A DNA stretch of 64,000 bases. It comes from an uncultured delta proteobacterium. GTDB lineage: Bacteria; Myxococcota_A; Polyangia; Palsa-1104. The stretch covers positions 384,001 through 448,000 of the forward strand of contig CAWAWS010000007.1 of NCBI GenBank assembly GCA_963785725.1. Reading direction: 5' to 3'. Position numbers and translations under genes: made by a program. This document shows positions 1 through 9,273 of the stretch, piece after piece; the first letter of the stretch is position 1; each line of letters opens with the position of its first letter. The notes below the pieces were generated by a model. The model was not told where the DNA came from, searched no databases, and worked only from the letters and a program-made list of their open reading frames with translations.

Positions 1-156
1 GATCGAGGCGAGATAGCGTTCGCGTCGCGGTCGGGCTGCACCTGCTCTCGGCGCGCGGATCCCGATCGAGCGGCCGCGACCGCGATCTCGAATGATGCCG
101 ATCGCCCGCTTCCGCTCTCGACGCTACAACCGATCGCGACGAAAGCGCCGTCGCGC

Positions 157-714
157 CTACTCGCGGTCGGTCAGCCGCTTCTCGAGATCCTCGACGCGCT
201 GGAGCAGTGCCCGCATTTCCTTCTCCAGCCCCGAGAGCGGCGACAGCGCATCGAACGTCGAGCGGATACGCTCGTCGACCTTCTTCTGCCACTCGTCGAA
301 CGTCTGCTGCGACCGCTCCAGGAACTCGCGCACGGGATGCGGCGCCGCAGGCGCAGGCGCCTCAGCCGTTGCACCCTCGACCGGCTCCGTCCCGTCTTCG
401 CCGCCTTCGCGCTTGAAGATGCCGAGCATCTTCTCGCCCGCCTGCGACGCCAGCTGCGTCATGTTGCTCGCGCCCGACTGGATGATGTTGCGCAGCGCCG
501 ACAGCGGCAAGAAGCTCTGCTTCTTCTCCTCCTCGAAGATGATCTGCGTCAGCGTAATCGCCGTCAGATCCTCCTTGGAGTTGTTGTCGACGATCTTCAC
601 ATCCTCGCCGCCGCGGATCATGTCGGCGATTTGTTCCAGCGTCACGTATCGGCTGCGCTGGGTGTCGTACAGCTTGCGGTTCGCATAACGCTTTACGACG
701 CGGGTCTCCGCCAT
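157..714 (-). CDS. PhaR-like (polyhydroxyalkanoate synthesis regulator) N-terminal DNA-binding domain protein
   Basis: N-terminus VVKRYANRKLYDTQRSRYVTLEQIADMIRGGEDVKIVDNNSKEDLT matches the PHB_acc_N signature; C-terminal coiled-coil; start set at ATG 714. Confidence 0.85.
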   Translation of the reverse strand: MAETRVVKRYANRKLYDTQRSRYVTLEQIADMIRGGEDVKIVDNNSKEDLTAITLTQIIFEEEKKQSFLPLSALRNIIQSGASNMTQLASQAGEKMLGIFKREGGEDGTEPVEGATAEAPAPAAPHPVREFLERSQQTFDEWQKKVDERIRSTFDALSPLSGLEKEMRALLQRVEDLEKRLTDRE

Positions 715-803
715 CGAATTCCCTTTCACAGTGTCGATCGCCAAGTGTCCCTCGAAGGACGCTAGCACGCGGCGTCAACCGTCGCCAGCGCGATGCGTCA
801 GAT

Positions 804-899
804 TGGTCAAACCATTAGCACGCGTTTCCGAAATTGGTTAAACCATTGCCGCGCGTTTCCCGGCAATGGTTTAACCAATCGTGGTCGCTGGTTCAACCA
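804..899. promoter_or_regulatory. Four TGGT-N3-ACCA palindromic boxes in a divergent promoter region
   Basis: Boxes start at 804, 835, 867 and 889 (spacings 31, 32, 22 bp), between divergent genes. Confidence 0.8.
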
Positions 900-933
900 T
901 TATGGTTCGTCGATCGCGTGCTACGATCATCGC

Positions 934-1680
934 GTGGACGCTGCGACCCTCGCGCGCCGACTAGTGGCGCTGCCCGCCGCCGCGATGCGCCAGGCCGCGC
1001 TGCGCGCGACGCTCGATCCGCTCGACGACGAGGCGGCGGCGCGTTTGTGCGGCGAGCTCGTGCGGCGCGGGCCCGATGGCTCCCCGTTCGATGTCGCCCT
1101 GTTGGCGCTGACGGCGCTGCTCGACTCGAACGCGCTCGGCTACGAACGGCACGCGGCGCTCTACGCGACGGCGCGCCGCCTCGACGACGAGCAGCTCAGC
1201 CTGCTCCTGTTGTCGGCGCAACCGCCGCCGCCTGGCCGTCCGCAGGCGGTCGAGTTTCCCGGGCGCGAGCTGACGCTGGGCGAGCGGAAGTCGTTGGCGC
1301 GCGGTCGGCGTCGCGAGCTGCTCGATCGACTGCTGCGCGATCCCGACGACAGCGTGCTCACGATCTTGCTCGGCAATCCACGCATCACCGAGGCGGACGT
1401 CGTGCGTCTGGCTGCGCGCCGACCGACGACGGCCGCCGCGCAGCGCACGATCCTCAGGTGCGAGCGGTTCATCGCGCGCTACGCGGTGAAGCGGGCCCTC
1501 GTGTTCAACCCCTTCACGCCGACGGATTTGGCGTCGCGCCTGCTCGTCTTGTTGGCGCGGCCCGATCAGCACGCCGTCGCCGCCGACGCGTCGCTGCACG
1601 ATACGGTGCGCGCCGCCGCGCGCGCCGCCGTGAAGCGCCCGGCGATTGGTTTGACCTTATTGCGCGGCGGAAAAGAGTAG
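934..1680 (+). CDS. Hypothetical protein (helical repeat-like C-terminal half)
   Basis: GC-rich codon usage from GTG 934; TGcTACGAT -10-like element 6 nt upstream; ERKSLAR...LLGNPRITEADVVRLAARRP. Confidence 0.65.
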   Translation: MDAATLARRLVALPAAAMRQAALRATLDPLDDEAAARLCGELVRRGPDGSPFDVALLALTALLDSNALGYERHAALYATARRLDDEQLSLLLLSAQPPPPGRPQAVEFPGRELTLGERKSLARGRRRELLDRLLRDPDDSVLTILLGNPRITEADVVRLAARRPTTAAAQRTILRCERFIARYAVKRALVFNPFTPTDLASRLLVLLARPDQHAVAADASLHDTVRAAARAAVKRPAIGLTLLRGGKE

Positions 1681-1907
1681 GCGTCATTCCGGTCAGCGTG
1701 GGCGGAGGCTGCGTTGGCGTCGCCTCGTGGTAGTCGGCACGGCAGGCGGCGCTCGTTCTCATCACGCGACACGAAGCATTGGGCACTTCCTCGTTCGACA
1801 CGGCTCTCGCCCTCGCCGCCGATTGGTTTGACCTCTGCGCGCGTCACAATCGGCTGTTCAAGGGCGAGGCTGGTTCGCTCGCGATCGAGAGGGAGCGCGC
1901 GCCCTCT

Positions 1908-2067
1908 CGCAACGCCCGGATGCACGGCTGAATCGAATACCAACGAATGGTTAAACCAATGCGCGCAGTGGGTTGCGCGCGGTCGACAGGGACAGCGAGC
2001 TCCGCGCAACGCCCGGATGTACGGCTGAATCGAATACCAAGAATAGTTAAACCAATGCGCGCAGTGG
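1908..2067. repeat. ~63-bp direct repeat (1908-1971 and 2005-2067), each carrying a box
   Basis: cgcaacgcccggatgYacggctgaatcgaataccaa(c)gaatRgttaaaccaatgcgcgcagtgg occurs twice. Confidence 0.85.
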
Positions 2068-2191
2068 TTTAACCAATGCGCGCAGCGTGAGCCAAGGCGT
2101 TGAGTGGTCAACCAGCGCGCTGAAGTAGTTAGCCAATGCGCTGAGTGGTTAGCCGGTTAGCTAATGCGCTAGGTCGTTAGCCAATGCGTTC

Positions 2192-2290
2192 ATTGGTTAA
2201 ACCAATGCGTTCATTGGTTAAACCAATGCGTTTATTGGTTAAACCAATTCGTTTATTGGTTAAACCAATGCGTTCATTGGTTAAACCATT
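2192..2290. repeat. Tandem array of five 21-bp units, each with TGGTTAAACCA; degenerate units upstream (2041-2190)
   Basis: attggttaaaccaatgcgttY repeated; boxes at 2194, 2215, 2236, 2257, 2278. Confidence 0.95.
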
Positions 2291-2308
2291 GTGCACTGAT
2301 CGGCGGGA

Positions 2309-3247
2309 CTAGAAGACGAAGGCGCCGGAGAAGCTGAGCTGGACTTGGCCGCGTGACCGGTCGGTAATTTGCGTGGGATCGACCTTGCCGCAGTCGGTGG
2401 CGCTGTCGTTGCAAAACGTGTAGGCGAATTCGCCGGTGAACGCGAGGAAGTCGTAGAGCACCCGGAAGCCGGCGAACATGCGCCAGCGAACGATCGTGTC
2501 GGGATCGGGGAATATCGTGTTGGCGTTGATGTCGTTGGAGGTCGCGCCCTGTTTGTAGCTGTCGACGGCGGGCGTCGTGTCGATGACTTCGCCGCGCACG
2601 AAGCTGAGCAGCGCGCCGGCGCCGATGTACGGATCGAGCGTGAACGTGCCGCCGACGCCGAACGACTTCGAGACGGTCGCATCCAGCGCCAGCGTCGTCA
2701 GATCGACCTCGCCCGTGCCGAGCAGGTGCGACACCGACGCGCGCACCGCCAGCGACGGCAGCGCCCAGCCGTGAAAGCCCTCGTGCAGCGCAAACTTCGC
2801 GTAGCCTTGCACCGCGTACAAATTGCTGTCGATGAGCTTCGTCGCGCCGGCGCCGACCTCGAAGCCGGGCAGCGGCCACCACAATCCTTTGCGCGCCATC
2901 ACCGAAATCGTCGACAAATAGCTCGAGGAAACGCTGGATACGCCCTGTTTCCAGTAATCGGCGTTATTCGATATCTGCGTAAATTGCGTTTCGAATGCCA
3001 ATTGAAAGCCGGAATAGCCGAGCGTATCGGCGGGCGCCAGCGGTCCCGGCGCCATCACCAGCGACAGCTCGCTCATGAGGCTCTTGTACATCGACTGCCG
3101 CGTCGGATCGGTCGGATCGTTGAACGTCCCCGGCGTCGACGGTGGGCCGATGATGCGTTCGAGCGTCAAGTCGTTGCGGTCGGCGCGCGCGCGCAAGGGC
3201 AGCGCGGCGACGGCGAATGCGCACAGACCGACGGTGAGCGCGCGCAT
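2309..3247 (-). CDS. Hypothetical exported protein, probable outer-membrane beta-barrel
   Basis: Signal peptide (ARA-D), amphipathic strands, C-terminal Phe (GAFVF). Confidence 0.7.
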   Translation of the reverse strand: MRALTVGLCAFAVAALPLRARADRNDLTLERIIGPPSTPGTFNDPTDPTRQSMYKSLMSELSLVMAPGPLAPADTLGYSGFQLAFETQFTQISNNADYWKQGVSSVSSSYLSTISVMARKGLWWPLPGFEVGAGATKLIDSNLYAVQGYAKFALHEGFHGWALPSLAVRASVSHLLGTGEVDLTTLALDATVSKSFGVGGTFTLDPYIGAGALLSFVRGEVIDTTPAVDSYKQGATSNDINANTIFPDPDTIVRWRMFAGFRVLYDFLAFTGEFAYTFCNDSATDCGKVDPTQITDRSRGQVQLSFSGAFVF

Positions 3248-3312
3248 GTCCGTCGACGAGGCTAACCGCGCGCTCTCTTGAGTGTCAAGAAACGTTGCAG
3301 TAGCGTCGGCGC

Positions 3313-4104
3313 ATGTCCTATAGCGAGATCTTGTATGAAGTGCGCGACTCGGTCGCTCGCATCACGCTCAATCGGCCCGACAAACGCAACCCGCTCGGCC
3401 CGACGACGATCGGCGAGCTTCTGCACGCGCTCGACGGCGCCAAGCGCGACGACGGCGTGCGCGTCATCGTGCTCACCGGCGCCGGCAAGGTGTTTTCGGC
3501 CGGCGGCGACCTGTCATCAATGGGTAGCGGCGGTACGCCCCTGCAAGCGAGCGGGAGTGGTTCAACCAAAGCGGGAACGTTCGTCGATCTGAACTTGGCG
3601 CTCACGCAGGTGGGCAAGCCGACCATCGCGATGGTCAATGGTCACGCGCTGGCGGGCGGGCTCGGGCTCGTCGTTGCGTGCGACGTCGCCATCGTCGCGG
3701 ACGACGCGCAGCTGGGGACGCCGGAGATCAACGTTGGGCTGTGGCCGATGATGATCATGGCGACCATCTTCCGCAACGTGCCGCGCAAGCGTGGGCTCGA
3801 GCTCATCATGACGGGCGACAAGATCTCGGCGGCGCAGGCGGCCGAGCTCGGCTTGGTCACGCGCGCCGTGCCGCGCGATCGGCTGGAGGCCGAGGTCGAT
3901 GCGCTGGCGCAGAAGCTGGCCGCGAAGTCGCCGATCGTGATGAAGCTCGGGCTGGAGGCGTTTTATCGCGTGCAGGACATGGAGTTGGAGCCGGCGCTGC
4001 AGTATCTGCAAGGGCAGCTCATGGCGGTGTTGTCGACGGAGGATGCGCGCGAGGGCTTGATGGCGTTCCTCGAGAAGCGCGCGCCGCAGTGGAAGGGGAA
4101 GTAA
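3313..4104 (+). CDS. Enoyl-CoA hydratase/isomerase family protein
   Basis: ITLNRPDKRN, FSAGGDL, GHALAGGLGLVVACD, PEINVG, AFLEKRAPQWKG. Confidence 0.95.
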   Translation: MSYSEILYEVRDSVARITLNRPDKRNPLGPTTIGELLHALDGAKRDDGVRVIVLTGAGKVFSAGGDLSSMGSGGTPLQASGSGSTKAGTFVDLNLALTQVGKPTIAMVNGHALAGGLGLVVACDVAIVADDAQLGTPEINVGLWPMMIMATIFRNVPRKRGLELIMTGDKISAAQAAELGLVTRAVPRDRLEAEVDALAQKLAAKSPIVMKLGLEAFYRVQDMELEPALQYLQGQLMAVLSTEDAREGLMAFLEKRAPQWKGK

Positions 4105-4124
4105 GCCCAGCGCCCGTTGTGCAA

Positions 4125-4360
4125 TGGTTAAACCAATTGCGGGATTGGTTTAACCATTGAATTTTCCGTTGCGTTGGCAGCAAGCGAGCAGCGGCCGCTG
4201 CGAAATTGTGGTCAGGCGGCGCGGCCGCCGTTGCGAACTTGTGGTTAGGCGGCGCGGAGGCCGCCGCGAACTTGTGGTTAGCCGCGCTGCGGCTGTCGCG
4301 AGTCGTGGTCAGACCGAGCCTTCCTCGATGGTCAAACCATTCGCCTGATTGGTTTAACCA
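4125..4360. repeat. Two 21-bp-spaced box pairs flanking three 33-bp repeats carrying TGGTYA half-sites
   Basis: Boxes at 4125/4146 and 4329/4350; gcgaaMttgtggtYa at 4200, 4233, 4266. Confidence 0.85.
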
Positions 4361-4390
4361 TTCGCGAAGCCGCCGATCGGCGGTGGAGCG

Positions 4391-5509
4391 TCAGGGCTGC
4401 GGATCGGCGCAGCAGCGGAAGCCGGTGGAGTAGTCGTGATACGTCTTGGCGTGGGCCGTCGTCGTGTAGAGGCAGCCGGGACCGTTGATCTTCGCGTCCA
4501 CGAAATAGCCGCCCTTGAAGATGCCGTCGCCGGCGCTGCTCGTGGCGTCGATCCACTCGTGCAGATTGCCGTGTAGATCGTAGATGCCCCAGCTCGACAC
4601 GCAGCGCGGAAAGCTGCCGCCGGGCGCGACGGTGTTCGGCTGGTCGTCGCAGCAGCTGCTGTTCATGTTCGCGGACGTGAATACGTCGCCGGTGCCGAAG
4701 CAGTCGTTGACGGGATTCGTCGCGCGGCCTTCGTTGCAGGCACCGGCCTGGTAGGTGTTGCCGTAGGGATAGGTCCAACCTTGCGGCCCTTGGCAGGCGG
4801 CCAGCCATTCGCTCAGCGTGCACAGTCGCTTGTGTGCGGCGGCGCAGGCGGCGGCGGCCTGCGCTTCGCTGATGTAGCCCTGCGGCTTCACGCCGTCCGC
4901 GACGACGGCGACAATGGTTGAACCTTCGGCGACCGTGTCGACGGGCTGATCGTACGGATGCGCCGTCACCGCGCCGGTCGCGTCGACGACTTCGGTCGCG
5001 GCCTCGAAGCGGTCGACGCAAACGGCGCTGGCGCTCGTGCTCGTGCCACCGCCGCCGCCGTTCGCCGTGCCGCCACCAGTTCCGCCGCCATTTGTGCCGC
5101 CGCCGCTCGAGCTGCCACTCGAACCCGCCCCGCCGCTCGAGCTGCCACTCGAACCCGCGCCGCCGCTCGAGCTGCCGCTCGAACCCGCGCCGCCGCCGCT
5201 CGAGCTGCCACTCGAACCCGCGCCGACGCCGTTCGCGCCGCCGGTTCCGCCGCCATTCGGACCCGCGCCGCCGCCATCGGCGGTCGCGCTGCCGCCGTCG
5301 GCGGCGACGAGGCTGACGCGCGCCATGCCCGCCGGACAGCCGTTGCCTGCGTCGGGCGGTGCGGCGCCGCCGTCGCTCGTCACGCCGCCGTCATGCCCGC
5401 CGCCGCCGTCGCGCGCGCTGCCGCCATCGGTCACACGCGGGCTGTGCGACCGCGAGCAATTGGTTAAACCAATCGCGACCACCCAAGCGCACACGCGAAA
5501 TCGGCGCAC
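4391..5509 (-). CDS. Lipoprotein with Gly/Ser-rich linker and C-terminal FGE-sulfatase (SUMF1-like) domain
   Basis: Lipobox-like GLTNC; CVDRFEA, KRLCTLSEWLAACQG, YDLHGNLHEW, GFRCC. Confidence 0.85.
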   Translation of the reverse strand: MRRFRVCAWVVAIGLTNCSRSHSPRVTDGGSARDGGGGHDGGVTSDGGAAPPDAGNGCPAGMARVSLVAADGGSATADGGGAGPNGGGTGGANGVGAGSSGSSSGGGAGSSGSSSGGAGSSGSSSGGAGSSGSSSGGGTNGGGTGGGTANGGGGGTSTSASAVCVDRFEAATEVVDATGAVTAHPYDQPVDTVAEGSTIVAVVADGVKPQGYISEAQAAAACAAAHKRLCTLSEWLAACQGPQGWTYPYGNTYQAGACNEGRATNPVNDCFGTGDVFTSANMNSSCCDDQPNTVAPGGSFPRCVSSWGIYDLHGNLHEWIDATSSAGDGIFKGGYFVDAKINGPGCLYTTTAHAKTYHDYSTGFRCCADPQP

Positions 5510-5549
5510 GCCTCAGGATAACGGAAGACGACTGTGCTAGGGCTAATGC

Positions 5550-6950
5550 GTGTCATTTCGCGATCGCTACGAGCCCTTCATCGCCTGGCGTTACCTCTAT
5601 CGCCCGCGGCAGAACAAGACGGTGCGCACGCTGACGCTGTGGCTGCTGGCCCTGACGCTGCTCACGCACGTCGCGGCGCTCTTCGCTCACACGCAGCTGC
5701 AGGTGGTCGGCACGGCGCTGGCGCTGCCGTCGCTGCTATCGTTCCTGTTTTGCCTGCTGCTCAACGTCTTCTCGGGATTTACGACGGTGTCGATCATTGG
5801 TGTGACCATTGGCGTGCAGGCGTTGATGGTCGTCTTGGCCGTGACCTCGGGCTTTCAGCAGGCGTTCAAGCAGAAGGTCCTCGGCGTCAACGCGCACGTC
5901 ATCGTCATGAAGTACGGCATGGACTTCGCGGAGTATCGCGACGTCATGAAGAAGGCCGAGCAGCAGCCGCACGTCAAAGCGGCGGCGCCGTTCGTGTTCA
6001 TCGAGGCGATGGTGGCGGCCGACAAATCGTTCGGCGCGATGATCAAAGGAATCGACCCGGTGCGCTCGCTGCAGGTGCTCGACGTCAAGCAGAGCCTGGT
6101 CAGCGGTCGGGTCGAGGAGCTGGCGCGGCGCGCACCGCCGAACGATGGCGGCGATCCGCTGCCGTCGGCGCTGATGGGCAAGGAGCTGGCGAAGAAGCTG
6201 CACGTCAAGCTCGGCGATCGCGTGCGCCTCGTGTCGCCGAAGATCGATCTCGACCCCGGCGCCGGGCAGCTGGCGTCGCGCGAGTTTCGGCTCGCGGGCG
6301 TGTTTTCCACGGGATTCCAAGAGTACGACAGCCGCCTCGTCTACATCAACGTCACCGACGCGCAGGCCTACACCGGCAGCGGCGACGTCGTCACCGGCGT
6401 GGAGCTCAAGCTCGACGACGTCGACAAGGCGCAAGCGGTGGCCAAGACGCTGTACGCGAATTTAGGCGGACCGCCCTATCGCGTCATCGATTGGGAGGAG
6501 CTGAACCACAACTTGTTCACGGCGCTGCGCATGCAGAAGGTGATCATCACCGTCATCTTGACGCTGATCGTGATCGTGGCGGCCTTCAACATCATCGCCG
6601 CGATGACGCTGCTCGTGATTGGTAAGACCAAAGAGATCGCGATCCTGAAGTCGATGGGCATGCGTTCGGCGGGCGTGGCGCGGCTGTTTCAGGCGGCGGG
6701 TTTGGTGATGGGCGGGCTCGGCATCACATGCGGTCTCGGCGTCGGAGCAGCGACGGTGGCGGTGCTGCGGCGCTACAATTATCAGCTCGATCCGCATGTC
6801 TATTTGATCGATCAGCTGCCGGTGAAGGTGAACGCCGACGAGGTCTTGTTGACGGCGGGAATCACGCTCGCGATCTGCTTCGTGGCGACGCTGGTTCCGG
6901 CGCTGCAAGCGGCGCGGTTGGAGCCGGTCGAGGGGCTGCGGTACGAGTAG
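5550..6950 (+). CDS. lolE: Lipoprotein-releasing ABC transporter permease, LolC/E family
   Basis: SIIGVTIGVQALMVVLAVTSGF, LIVIVAAFNII, KEIAILKSMG, PALQAARLEPVEGLRYE. Confidence 0.9.
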   Translation: MSFRDRYEPFIAWRYLYRPRQNKTVRTLTLWLLALTLLTHVAALFAHTQLQVVGTALALPSLLSFLFCLLLNVFSGFTTVSIIGVTIGVQALMVVLAVTSGFQQAFKQKVLGVNAHVIVMKYGMDFAEYRDVMKKAEQQPHVKAAAPFVFIEAMVAADKSFGAMIKGIDPVRSLQVLDVKQSLVSGRVEELARRAPPNDGGDPLPSALMGKELAKKLHVKLGDRVRLVSPKIDLDPGAGQLASREFRLAGVFSTGFQEYDSRLVYINVTDAQAYTGSGDVVTGVELKLDDVDKAQAVAKTLYANLGGPPYRVIDWEELNHNLFTALRMQKVIITVILTLIVIVAAFNIIAAMTLLVIGKTKEIAILKSMGMRSAGVARLFQAAGLVMGGLGITCGLGVGAATVAVLRRYNYQLDPHVYLIDQLPVKVNADEVLLTAGITLAICFVATLVPALQAARLEPVEGLRYE

Positions 6951-6994
6951 GCGCGCGTCGCGCGTGAAGCTCTGCTCGCCGCTTAACGTTGCAA

Positions 6995-7130
6995 TTGGGG
7001 GCGCGCGTCGGCGCTGCGAGCGTGAGCCCGCGATAAGCCATCCACCATCTTGCGCGTTCCACGGATGGCCGGCGCGACCGAGCGGAACGGCGTGGCCGAT
7101 GCTCGCTCGACCGGCCGTCAGCGACAGCCG
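6995..7130 (+). repeat. Dispersed ~150-bp element, copy 1 (most diverged)
   Basis: ttgggggcgcgcgtcggcgctgcgagcgtgagcccgcgataagcc...gatggccggcgcgaccgagcg. Confidence 0.75.
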
Positions 7131-7222
7131 ATGCGGCCACTGGCCGCCCGCGCCATCCCGCCGAGCAGCGCGACCGTACTGCTGCGTGCCCGTGCGTGCA
7201 CGATCACGCGCGCGCGCCGCCG

Positions 7223-7987
7223 CTACTGGGGCAGCTCGAACGTAAACTTATACGACTGAATGACATACGCCGCCGGCTTGCCATCCGTCGTCATCGCCGG
7301 CGTGAACTTGCACCGATGCATCAGCGTGTACTTCGCCTCTTCGTCGAGCCCATGCCCCAGCCCCGACAAGACCTTGATGGCGTGCACGTGCCCCTTCTCG
7401 TCCAGCTCGACGCGCAGCTTCACCTCGCCCTCGATGCCGAGCTGCTGCGCCTCCGCCGGATACTGCGCCATTTTACCGCACGCCTCGCCGTCGATGTCCG
7501 GCATCGTCTTGACGTAAACGTCCGACACCGGCGCGTAGGACGGCTTCGCCGGAATCGCCGACGCCGCCGGCAGCGGCACGACCGGCCCTTTGCCCGACTT
7601 CTTGGGATCGATCATCGTCGTATTGCCGACCGGCACCGCCATCGACGCGTCGCCCTCCGTCGTCGACGACATCGACACGCCGAAAATAGGCTTGGGCGGC
7701 TCTTTCGGCGGCTCCTTCGGCGGCTCGACGTTCGGCGGCGGCGTCACCGTCGGCGGCGGCGCCACGCGCTTGATCGGAATGACCTTCGGCTTCGGCGGCG
7801 GCTCGACCGGCTTCGGCGGCGGCGGCGTCACGCTCTTGACGACCGGCGCCGGCGGCGGCGGCCGCACGTCGATCTCCACCACCTTTGGCCCACGCGGCAA
7901 CGGCGGCGGCACATGCAAGAGCCCGTACGCGATGCCGACGTGCACGACGATCGCACCGGCCAACGCGACGATTTCAGAGCGCTGCAA
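7223..7987 (-). CDS. tonB: Energy transducer TonB
   Basis: N-terminal TM with VHxxI, Pro-rich linker, YPAEAQQLGIEGEVKLRVELD C-terminal domain. Confidence 0.9.
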   Translation of the reverse strand: MQRSEIVALAGAIVVHVGIAYGLLHVPPPLPRGPKVVEIDVRPPPPAPVVKSVTPPPPKPVEPPPKPKVIPIKRVAPPPTVTPPPNVEPPKEPPKEPPKPIFGVSMSSTTEGDASMAVPVGNTTMIDPKKSGKGPVVPLPAASAIPAKPSYAPVSDVYVKTMPDIDGEACGKMAQYPAEAQQLGIEGEVKLRVELDEKGHVHAIKVLSGLGHGLDEEAKYTLMHRCKFTPAMTTDGKPAAYVIQSYKFTFELPQ

Positions 7988-8004
7988 AGTCGACTCCGAG
8001 AACC

Positions 8005-8448
8005 TTACTGCGGGCTCGCGTCCGTATTGAGCGCGAACTTATGCACGCCGAGCGACTTCACGAGGTCGACGATATGGACCACGTCGCCATACGCGATGCC
8101 CTTGTCGGCGGCGATGATCGCTTGCAGATCCTTGTTCTTCGTCAGCATGTCGGGGATCAGCTTCTTGACCTTGTCCTCGTCGGTCTTCTCGCCGTTCGCA
8201 TACAGCGAGTAGCCGCCCGCGGCCTCGCGCTGCAGCGTCAGCGACAGCGTCGACTTCAGCGTCTCGTCGCCCGTCGCCGCCTTCGGCAGCTCGACCTTGA
8301 TCGACGGGTTGTTCACGATCATCGGCGCCGTCACCATGAACACGATGAGGAGCACCAGCGTAATGTCGACGAGCGGCGTGACGTTGATGTCGGCGATGGC
8401 GCCCGGCCCACCTTCGTCGTCCTCGTATTGCGTGCCGCCGCCGGCCAT
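8005..8448 (-). CDS. exbD: Biopolymer transport protein ExbD/TolR
   Basis: INVTPLVDITLVLLIVFMVTAP; IAADKGIAYGDVVHIVD. Confidence 0.95.
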   Translation of the reverse strand: MAGGGTQYEDDEGGPGAIADINVTPLVDITLVLLIVFMVTAPMIVNNPSIKVELPKAATGDETLKSTLSLTLQREAAGGYSLYANGEKTDEDKVKKLIPDMLTKNKDLQAIIAADKGIAYGDVVHIVDLVKSLGVHKFALNTDASPQ

Positions 8449-9131
8449 TACTTCGACTCCGACGGCTTGGCCGCGCCCTTCTTGCCTTCGCTCATGACGG
8501 CGCCTTCGTCGTTGCCTTTGAGCTGCGCGAGGACGATGTGGGCGAGCGCGTCGGAGTTGGCGAGCGACTGGCGCACGCGGCGGTTGAAGAAGTTGAACCC
8601 GACGACGGCCGGGATGGCGACGAGCAGGCCGACGGCCGTGGCGACGAGCGCCGACGAGATGCCGGCCATGACGACGCCGACGCCGCCCGCCTGATTCTTG
8701 GCCAGGTCATCGAACGACCGAATGATGCCGAGGACGGTGCCGAAGAGGCCGATGAAGGGCGCGTTGTTGCCGAGCGTGCCCAAGAACACGAGGTTGCGAT
8801 CGAGCCGCATGCGCTCGCGCGCCTTCTGCCCGACCATGGCTTCGGCGACGGAGTCGGGGCCGCGCTCGGCCTCGTCGAGGCCGGCGGCGACGATCAGCAT
8901 CTCCGACGCGTCCGAGCCCTTCACGCGAGCGCGCGCGTCGGCCAGGTTGCCCTTCGACAGAAAGCGACGCAGGTCGGTCTTGAGCGACTCGACGTCGATG
9001 GTGTGCGTGGCGAAGAACCAGGCGCGCTCGATCATGATGGCGACGCTGAGGATCGACAGCGCCACCAGCAGCCACAGGACCCATTCGGCGCCGAGCAGCG
9101 TGAGGGCGAGGAACTTTTCCGTAATATGCAT
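8448..9131 (-). CDS. exbB: MotA/TolQ/ExbB proton channel protein
   Basis: FLGTLGNNAPFIGLFGTVLGII; ISSALVATAVGLLVAIPA. Confidence 0.95.
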   Translation of the reverse strand: MHITEKFLALTLLGAEWVLWLLVALSILSVAIMIERAWFFATHTIDVESLKTDLRRFLSKGNLADARARVKGSDASEMLIVAAGLDEAERGPDSVAEAMVGQKARERMRLDRNLVFLGTLGNNAPFIGLFGTVLGIIRSFDDLAKNQAGGVGVVMAGISSALVATAVGLLVAIPAVVGFNFFNRRVRQSLANSDALAHIVLAQLKGNDEGAVMSEGKKGAAKPSESK

Positions 9132-9273
9132 GAGGCTCCGGTCTATATGCGAGCGCGGTTGCGCGTGGCAAGTCTAAGCGCGAACCGTTCGCCGTTCAAT
9201 TGGTGTGACGCACGACGGCCAACCCGCGTTGCACCGCGCGTAGATGTCGAAATCACTGACGAGAATTATAGGG

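Noticed and set aside
793..933. N-terminal ORF extensions rich in WLNH/WFNH/MVKP (also ORFs at 1566-2111, 4157-4433, 37880-38258, 41806-42711)
   Set aside because: These are translations of intergenic boxes and minisatellites, without coding-like composition.
2192..2290. CRISPR array
   Set aside because: Units are 21 bp with near-identical 10-nt linkers, there are no unique 25-40 nt spacers, and no cas genes are in the window.
5040..5290. Gly/Ser repeats (also 11700-11910 and 59340-59420) as DNA-level elements
   Set aside because: They are explained as flexible linkers of lipoproteins.
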